Shown here: positions 26,113-32,000 of the stretch, in pieces
Position numbering within the stretch: the first letter of the stretch is position 1
How the letters are laid out: every line of letters starts with the position of its first letter
NCBI GenBank assembly: GCA_002421785.1
Contig: DIRZ01000003.1
Coordinates: 404,017 to 436,016 of the forward strand
Reading direction: 5' to 3'
Length of the DNA stretch: 32,000 nucleotides
From: Candidatus Saccharimonadota bacterium
GTDB lineage: Bacteria; Patescibacteriota; Saccharimonadia; Saccharimonadales; Saccharimonadaceae
Made by a program: the position numbers and the translations under genes
Notes under the pieces: generated by a model
The model's input: the letters and a program-made list of their open reading frames with translations, nothing else
Told to the model about the DNA's origin: nothing
The model's database searches: none

Positions 26113-26399
26113 TGACCACGAAAGCTATTGACGTCGTCAAGCGCCGGGGCAAGCGCGCCACCGAGCCGTTTGACCGCGATAAACTACACGCCAGCGTGTA
26201 TGCCGCTTGCCTGAGTGTCCGAAGCCCCGAGGGCCACGCCCGCCAAACTGCCGAACACGTATGTAATGTCGTGGAAGCCTGGAGCGCCAACAAACACGTC
26301 ATTACTAGCGAAGATATCCGCCGCCAAGCCGCCAAAGCACTTGCCCCCCACCATCCGGAAGCCGCGTATTTATACCAACATCACCGAGTGATTTTATAA
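26112..26399 (+). CDS. ATP-cone domain protein
   Basis: GTG start. VVKRRGKRATEPFDRDKLHASVYAA fits the ATP-cone pattern (V.KRdG..e.Fd..Ki..si). 95 aa, stand-alone domain. Confidence 0.65.
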   Translation: MTTKAIDVVKRRGKRATEPFDRDKLHASVYAACLSVRSPEGHARQTAEHVCNVVEAWSANKHVITSEDIRRQAAKALAPHHPEAAYLYQHHRVIL

Positions 26400-26411
26400 G
26401 GAGAACAAACC

Positions 26412-27788
26412 ATGGCCAAGAAACCACAATTCGACTACGACCTGATTATTATCGGTAGTGGTGCCGGTGGATCGGCTGCCGCCACCATTGCAGCGCGTGA
26501 AGGCAAAAAAGTCGCCATCATCGAGTCCGAAACCTTTGGCGGCGATTCACCCAACTGGAGTGATGTGCCTACTAAGGCACTGTTGCACGCTGCTCAGCTA
26601 TACGACGAAGCACGCCACGGCGCCAGGTTTGGCCTGCGCAGCAACACGCTGGGCTACAACTACCCGAGCCTGCGCACCTGGAAAGAACTCGCCGTCAAGC
26701 GAACGGGCGCAGCTGGCAACAAGAAATTCTACGAATCACAAGGTATCGACGCATTCCTGGGCAATGCACACTTTTTGTCACCCCATGAAGTGACCGTCAA
26801 CCGCCGGCACATAACCGCCGCGCATTTTTTGGTGGCTACAGGGTCACACTGGGTCGCCCCTGACATTCAGGGCCTGGCCGATATTCATTACCTGACACCG
26901 CGCACCATCCTGGAATCGATTCGCCCCCCAAAGAGCCTGTACATTATTGGTGGCGGCACCATTGGCGTGGAGCTAGCGCAACTAATGGCAATTTTTGGCA
27001 CAAAGGTTTACCTAGCCGAAGTGGCCGCACGCATCCTGCCTAAAGAAGACGAAGAAGTCGGCGAGCTGATTGAACGGCTGCTGCTGGAAAACAAAGGCGT
27101 CACGACACTCACGCAAACTCGCACCCTCAGCATCATCAAAGATGGGCTCGGCGCGCGCGTCACGTTCCTGCGTGGCGGCGTAGAAAAATCAGTCCGCGTG
27201 GACGAAATTCTGATTGCCACTGGCCGCACACCAAGTGTTGATTTGGGCCTCGAAAATGCCTCGATTCAATACACTCCTGCCGGCATCGAGGTGAACGAAC
27301 ACCTGCAAACGAGCGCTCGACACATTTATGCTGCCGGGGACGTGCTTGGCCATAGTCGTCACACGCACACCGCACTGCACGAAAGCCGCGTCGCCGCGCA
27401 CAACATCCTCATGAAAACACGTGTTGCGCCAGACTATACCGCCTCACCACGCCTGACGTTTACGTTCCCTGGCGTCGCATCAGTCGGGCTGAGCGAAGAT
27501 GATTGCCTGAAGCGCGACCTGCCCATCAACAAAGCAACGGCCCCTCTCGGTATCATCGCCCGCAGTAATACGAGTGATTTCCATGACGGCTTCGTGAAGG
27601 TCATCACCGACAAAAAAGGCGTTATCCTCGGCGCGACCGTCGTTGCCCCCCACGCCGCCGAAATCGTACACGAACTGGCCCTTGCGGTGAAGTACGGCCT
27701 GACCGCCAGTCAAGTCGCCGCCACGCCGCACGCGTTCCTAAGCTGGAGTGAAGGAGTTCGCGTCGCATGCGGCAAGCTCGCCCGATAG
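26412..27788 (+). CDS. Class I pyridine nucleotide-disulfide oxidoreductase homologue (Lpd/GR-like) lacking the redox-active cysteine pair
   Basis: FAD-binding motif DLIIIGSGAGGSAAA, NAD-binding motif YIIGGGTIGVELA, GR-type GRTP and AAGD motifs, and a C-terminal dimerisation domain with PHAFLSWSE. The position of the usual GGTCLNVGCIPSK reads GGDSPNWSDVPTK. SD AAGGAGAA upstream. Confidence 0.8.
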   Translation: MAKKPQFDYDLIIIGSGAGGSAAATIAAREGKKVAIIESETFGGDSPNWSDVPTKALLHAAQLYDEARHGARFGLRSNTLGYNYPSLRTWKELAVKRTGAAGNKKFYESQGIDAFLGNAHFLSPHEVTVNRRHITAAHFLVATGSHWVAPDIQGLADIHYLTPRTILESIRPPKSLYIIGGGTIGVELAQLMAIFGTKVYLAEVAARILPKEDEEVGELIERLLLENKGVTTLTQTRTLSIIKDGLGARVTFLRGGVEKSVRVDEILIATGRTPSVDLGLENASIQYTPAGIEVNEHLQTSARHIYAAGDVLGHSRHTHTALHESRVAAHNILMKTRVAPDYTASPRLTFTFPGVASVGLSEDDCLKRDLPINKATAPLGIIARSNTSDFHDGFVKVITDKKGVILGATVVAPHAAEIVHELALAVKYGLTASQVAATPHAFLSWSEGVRVACGKLAR

Positions 27789-28396
27789 ACCGTCCTCATC
27801 AATCATCAGGCTTTACAATCGTCGAGCTGCTCGTAGCGATTGTTGTGATTGCCATTCTCGCATCGATTACTGTTGTCGCATATAACGGTATGCAGGACCG
27901 AGCCTACGCGACCGACCTAATGAGTCGCATCAACACGTACAAAAAACTCTTGCAGCTTTACCACACTGAACACGGTCAGTTTCCCGACACAAATGACGCA
28001 TTTGCGCTCGGCTCCTACGGATCGTGCCTAGGCAAACTATCGGACTACCCCGCCGAAGATGGATGGCCAGCTGGCGTATGCATGCAATCAATTGGCAGCA
28101 CCAACTGGAATGAGTTCGCAAGCGATGACTTCACAAATGCCCTACAACCCTATAGCCGGTCCGCCCTCCCTAGCGGCAAAATACGTACTGCGACTGAAAT
28201 GTACGATGCAACACGAGGTACTCGCTATCGCGGCATCTACTTCGAAGGCGCTGGTGGCAATGGCAACAACGACTGGGCGTATATGGAATACGTTGCAAAA
28301 GGCAATGTTGCATGCCCACAGTCTGACTACAAACGATATAACGCAGCACCGCAAAACGTAACATTTTGCGGCTATCTCGTTAGGCAAGCCGACTAG
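27767..28396 (+). CDS. Type IV pilin / pseudopilin
   Basis: Class III signal: a short basic leader ending in G, then FTIVELLVAIVVIAILASITVVAY (N-methylation motif with Glu5). GAAGGAG lies 10 nt upstream. It overlaps the previous gene by 22 nt. Confidence 0.82.
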   Translation: MRQARPIDRPHQSSGFTIVELLVAIVVIAILASITVVAYNGMQDRAYATDLMSRINTYKKLLQLYHTEHGQFPDTNDAFALGSYGSCLGKLSDYPAEDGWPAGVCMQSIGSTNWNEFASDDFTNALQPYSRSALPSGKIRTATEMYDATRGTRYRGIYFEGAGGNGNNDWAYMEYVAKGNVACPQSDYKRYNAAPQNVTFCGYLVRQAD

Positions 28397-28458
28397 GGAG
28401 TGATTTACCGCATATCAATGTCGAGCGTACACCACGTCGAGCCCCTCAACATCGGAAT

Positions 28459-28480
28459 TTTCTTGGTTGCGGGGGCAGGA
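28459..28480. repeat. Direct repeat (att-like), distal copy of the tRNA 3' end
   Basis: TTTCTTGGTTGCGGGGGCAGGA is identical over 22 nt to 31964-31985. Further right, CTGCGACC is also shared (28493-28500 vs 31993-32000). In this copy the T-loop segment is replaced (ATTGGTCACATT vs TTTGAAC), so it is a non-functional tRNA 3' remnant. Confidence 0.8.
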
Positions 28481-28546
28481 ATTGGTCACATTCTGCGACC
28501 CCGAAACTTCACGATTGAAAACAAGTTTTCATCGGAAGGTTTCCTT

Positions 28547-28571
28547 GCGAACTGCCACCACGGCAGTTCGC
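28547..28571. other. Perfect 10-bp hairpin in the islet junction
   Basis: GCGAACTGCC-ACCAC-GGCAGTTCGC. It is flanked by smaller hairpins at 28517-28530 and 28534-28544. The whole group is enclosed by the 9-bp inverted repeat CTGCGACCC (28493-28501) / GGGTCGCAG (28586-28594). Confidence 0.6.
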
Positions 28572-28617
28572 ACCTACGACCTGACGGGTCGCAGCTTCAA
28601 CCAGCCTCATAACCAAG

Positions 28618-28639
28618 AAAAAAGCCCCACCAAGGTGGG
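28618..28639 (-). terminator. Putative rho-independent terminator of the islet operon
   Basis: Minus strand reads CCCACC-TT-GGTGGG followed by GCTTTTTT. It lies about 115 nt downstream of the stop at 28756. Confidence 0.5.
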
Positions 28640-28643
28640 ACTG

Positions 28644-28656
28644 TTTTCTTGGTTGC
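28644..28656. repeat. Third, partial copy (13 nt) of the att core
   Basis: TTTTCTTGGTTGC is identical to 28458-28470. Twelve of these nt (TTTCTTGGTTGC) also match 31964-31975. Confidence 0.4.
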
Positions 28657-28755
28657 CCAAGTGGCTCTGCATTGGAACCAGATCTGTTCCGAAATACTTG
28701 GATGGAGACTGTTAACAGAGGGATTACCGAAGTTATTTAACCCACCCATACGCTA

Positions 28756-30183
28756 TTAATCCCAGATCTTATTCTCTTCATCGTTTACTGGAAAGATGAA
28801 TGATGACTTTCGCTTATTTGTAGGTAAAGCGACATCATGCTCCATTTTACTAACATAGGGTATAAGTATATCTTCTATGGTCATAAATTCAGCACCTATA
28901 CGTGTAAACATTTCCATGCCTACTTTTGCTACAAATCCAGTGTCAATATTACTTAACGTAACTACAAGATCACGCTCAGAGGAGCCTCTGAATAGTTCAT
29001 TACCACCGTATCGAATATCTTCGTATGGCTTACGATCATCTGGAATATCTATATCCAGCTTCCAACCTTTAGTAGCTAGTTCGTGTTTGAGTTGAGTGAT
29101 AGATAACACTACATGTAGGTATAACCCACCCGTCATAAGGTCAATTCTATCTTCTGGTGAATATGGATAAATGGTGTATGGAGCTTTTCCTCTCATAACT
29201 AAGCTATCCATTTTCATTGCAAGGTAGTCATAATTGGAGAAAAATAAAGTCTCAGTATCATCACTAAATGGTTTTTCTCTCGAAGTTATCATTGAAAGGT
29301 CAATTTCCTTTTTTTTAAAATCAACAACTTCAATATCGATATAGCTTGCGGGTTGGGCGTGCCCCAACCCGCTTTTTCTAGCATCTTTTATACACTGACG
29401 CACATCATCATGAAAAGTAGATACAGGCTCCCTAATCCTTCTCACGCTGGCTGGATTATCATAATTACCAATTTGATCTTTCTCCATCAATAATTGAGCC
29501 TGAAATAATCTATATTCTTGGGCAGACAGCTTCATGGATTTATCAATTTTTTTAGAGATAGTACTAGGTGTGATTAACTTATTAGTCTTGATTTCCGCAA
29601 GGTGGGGTATATCACCAAACTTACGTACCATAGACAAATCACCAACAAGAAATTGGTTCGTTACGTCGTGCATTAGCACGAAGGCACCGTTATCCATAAC
29701 GTTGTGGGCATAATGGAACTCTGCAGCACGACCTATCTTTGGGCCATCAGGTGAGGATATAAAGCCTGGTGTATTCGCCTCTGCAAGTATCCTTAGCCTA
29801 GCCCTATCATATCCAAGTGTCCTCCATGCAAGTCCATCGGCAATTTCTCTGTAACCTACTGCAATCAGTTTATTACGATGTGCCTGCACGAGAAGACTCT
29901 TATCGCTAGACTCAGCTGCTAGCTTCCGCCCCTTTGTTATAAGTGGCTCTGACTGCTCAAGTGCGATATAGATTGCCTTTTGAATATCAAAATGTCCAAC
30001 AGGATCATTAATGAGTTCAGGATCCAAGCTCATTTTCATCATTAGCTTCATATGGTCTACAAACTCATAATAGTACTCATTACTAATGACTTTACTAACG
30101 TATCGTAATTTGCGTAAATGCTCACGTAAAGTCCTAGGGCTGTTGGAGCTTTTCTTTTTTCGTCTAGATACATTTGATCCCAT
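28756..30183 (-). CDS. Islet protein B: unknown 475-aa protein with basic N-terminus and a PD-(D/E)xK-like motif (candidate nuclease effector)
   Basis: The long ORF is open from 30309. I prefer the ATG at 30183 (MGSNVSRRKKK...), which lies 22 nt after the stop of gene A with AAGAG upstream. Alternatives are 30225 and 30309. The motif FLVGD-x14-EIK (29587-29640) follows a hydrophobic strand. AT-rich codon usage. No family recognised with certainty. Confidence 0.7.
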   Translation of the reverse strand: MGSNVSRRKKKSSNSPRTLREHLRKLRYVSKVISNEYYYEFVDHMKLMMKMSLDPELINDPVGHFDIQKAIYIALEQSEPLITKGRKLAAESSDKSLLVQAHRNKLIAVGYREIADGLAWRTLGYDRARLRILAEANTPGFISSPDGPKIGRAAEFHYAHNVMDNGAFVLMHDVTNQFLVGDLSMVRKFGDIPHLAEIKTNKLITPSTISKKIDKSMKLSAQEYRLFQAQLLMEKDQIGNYDNPASVRRIREPVSTFHDDVRQCIKDARKSGLGHAQPASYIDIEVVDFKKKEIDLSMITSREKPFSDDTETLFFSNYDYLAMKMDSLVMRGKAPYTIYPYSPEDRIDLMTGGLYLHVVLSITQLKHELATKGWKLDIDIPDDRKPYEDIRYGGNELFRGSSERDLVVTLSNIDTGFVAKVGMEMFTRIGAEFMTIEDILIPYVSKMEHDVALPTNKRKSSFIFPVNDEENKIWD

Positions 30184-30205
30184 ATACAATACTCTTAATC
30201 TCTTC

Positions 30206-31597
30206 TTAATTAAATGGCTCTGCATTCTGGATAAAGTCAGCAAGTTCACCTCTCCACTGACCTTTATGCCAAAACTGTCGACCAACTCGACTTCCCATAT
30301 CATCAACACAGTTTATAGCATATGCTATCTGAGGTGGTTGTGAGTCAAAGACTTTTCCTCGTGTGTCGGCATCGAGAACTATGTCTCGCATCATAGGCAT
30401 AATTCGAGTTTTTTCATAAAATCCAAATGAAGTGTAATAATCACTGTCATCACTACGCTTCATATGATCTACGATCATAAGACATGCTAGATAGTCAAAG
30501 CTAACAATATATGTACGACCCTGATCATCATCCCAACCCAATAGCTCCTTATACATTAAGTCCTGTCTAAATAGACGTGTAGTTGCAGCTAAGATGCTTC
30601 CGTCATCTTGCGGAGTGTAATTTTGCCTTGCCGACATTGTAAGTGCATGGCGATACCAGTTACTATAATACTCACCGTCAGCACCATTCACATTTTGCAG
30701 TGCAATCGACTTCACCAAGTCATACCTCTTCGCTTCAATGCAGGCACCCCCCAATAGCGGCAGTCTAACCAGAATGCTATACCACAGCTCCACTGGGTCA
30801 AATCCATTGTTTAATCTCCAGTTGCCACGAGAGTCAAAACCAAGACCGTATATATCATGTACTGTGGTGAGCGACAGATTGAATACTTTATCGTTCTCGT
30901 CATCGATTGCTTCGATACCAATGCGAATAATCTTATCAAGAGACACAACTATATCTGGTTCAGTTAGAGTTGCATCGTTAAGCTTTGATCGAATAAGACT
31001 TAGCTCCGCTTTAACCTCGGATTTTATATGGCGATAGTTTTCGGTACCGCTTGGCTCTAGGAAGCTAAGTTCTTTGATCCAAGTCGCCCTTTCTTTACTG
31101 ACCTGAGATGCGATGATTCGCCTAATATCGTGCTGCCGCCATCTTTCGCTCGCACTACCATGGCGTACAAAAACTTCACTCGATCTGAATATGAGTTTGA
31201 TTTTACCATTTTTTTCGTATTGACCATCTGCTTTTAATACTACAAAGCCATCCCTGTAACCCTCGCATTCGATTAGTACGAAATTATGACCATCAAATTT
31301 GACACTTGAAACATGTACATCGAAAGGCTCATCGATATACTTTTTAAGCTTTGCTCTTAAAGTTGTTTCGTCGAATTTGTCGTATAGCCCATCAGTAAAC
31401 CTTGTCCCGAACCCACCATTGTCATCGGCACCAATCAGCAAAGAACCGCCGCCGCTTGAGAGCATTGCAGCGATATCTTTTGTTATTTCAATAAGGTCTG
31501 CCTTATCATCTATATCAAGTGATTGTTTGTAATCAAGTCTCTCATGCTCAGATCCTTGACCTAACAAAGCTCTAATTTTCTGCTCTATGTCTAGCAT
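30206..31597 (-). CDS. Islet protein A: AlbA_2 (Schlafen-like) N-terminal domain fused to an unknown C-terminal domain of about 290 aa
   Basis: Residues 14-165 fit the AlbA_2 pattern: ERLDYKQS...ITKDIAAMLSSGGGSLLIGADDNGG...HNFVLIECE...EVFVRHGSASE. A strong SD (AAAGGAGAA) lies 8 nt upstream of the ATG, and TATACT lies further upstream. Confidence 0.75.
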   Translation of the reverse strand: MLDIEQKIRALLGQGSEHERLDYKQSLDIDDKADLIEITKDIAAMLSSGGGSLLIGADDNGGFGTRFTDGLYDKFDETTLRAKLKKYIDEPFDVHVSSVKFDGHNFVLIECEGYRDGFVVLKADGQYEKNGKIKLIFRSSEVFVRHGSASERWRQHDIRRIIASQVSKERATWIKELSFLEPSGTENYRHIKSEVKAELSLIRSKLNDATLTEPDIVVSLDKIIRIGIEAIDDENDKVFNLSLTTVHDIYGLGFDSRGNWRLNNGFDPVELWYSILVRLPLLGGACIEAKRYDLVKSIALQNVNGADGEYYSNWYRHALTMSARQNYTPQDDGSILAATTRLFRQDLMYKELLGWDDDQGRTYIVSFDYLACLMIVDHMKRSDDSDYYTSFGFYEKTRIMPMMRDIVLDADTRGKVFDSQPPQIAYAINCVDDMGSRVGRQFWHKGQWRGELADFIQNAEPFN

Positions 31598-31647
31598 AGT
31601 ATGGGTTCTCCTTTTGTAATTAAGTATACGGTAATATAGTAGGCACT

Positions 31648-32000
<353 letters not shown>

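Noticed and set aside
28400-28715. ORFs 28400-28612 and 28467-28715 in the islet junction.
   Set aside because: Their translations run straight through the tRNA-derived repeat (FLVAGAG, the typical antisense-tRNA peptide), the hairpins and the terminator. They have no SD and no coding-like composition, so I treat the region as non-coding.
28464-28720. Possibility that the tRNA-like 3' end at 28464-28500 plus the multi-hairpin region is a tmRNA or a complete unusual tRNA on the minus strand.
   Set aside because: No complementary 5' acceptor strand (TGCGGGG) occurs within several hundred nt. The T-loop is non-canonical, there is no G3:U70 or recognisable tag reading frame, and no D or anticodon arms can be drawn. 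A decayed att/tRNA remnant explains it better.
29713-29730. R-x4-H (RAAEFH) in islet protein B as a possible HEPN RNase motif.
   Set aside because: A single short pattern is easily found by chance. It lacks the usual polar residue after Arg, and I could not confirm an all-helical context by eye. I keep it only as something a profile search should test.

Overview
Gene-dense 32 kb stretch of a compact bacterial chromosome. Short HrcA, GrpE and TilS, a type IV pilin, DUF4190-type membrane proteins and few biosynthetic genes recall Patescibacteria/Saccharibacteria-like genomes; that assignment is inference only.

Left to right:
- A partial polytopic membrane protein, dnaJ, an FAD-linked oxidase and an FKBP PPIase.
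- An envelope/glycan cluster interleaved with dnaK: two paralogous six-hairpin glycosidase-like genes, a GT4 glycosyltransferase and two DUF4190-like membrane proteins.
- grpE-hrcA.
- A long minus-strand housekeeping array: guanylate-kinase-like gene, lepA, murJ, ftsH, tilS, a small membrane protein, a Y-family polymerase with a translationally coupled upstream small ORF, and maf.
- tRNA-CAU, an exported zincin-like protein and a YggT-like protein.
- A plus-strand block: membrane protein, ATP-cone protein, a flavoprotein disulfide reductase homologue lacking both redox cysteines, and a type IV pilin.

Four CIRCE operators show that the classical hrcA-grpE-dnaK-dnaJ operon is split into three separately controlled units. 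Each promoter is built into its CIRCE element. Many genes have a -10 hexamer 6-7 nt from the ATG, a leaderless signature.

The most interesting region is the right end (28459-32000). It is an AT-rich islet of about 3.5 kb inserted at the 3' end of a minus-strand tRNA and bounded by a perfect 22-nt direct repeat. It has no intact integrase in view. It carries a two-gene operon: a 463-aa protein with an AlbA_2/Schlafen-like N-terminal domain, and a roughly 475-aa unknown protein with a PD-(D/E)xK-like motif. This is my best candidate for an undescribed defence-type system.
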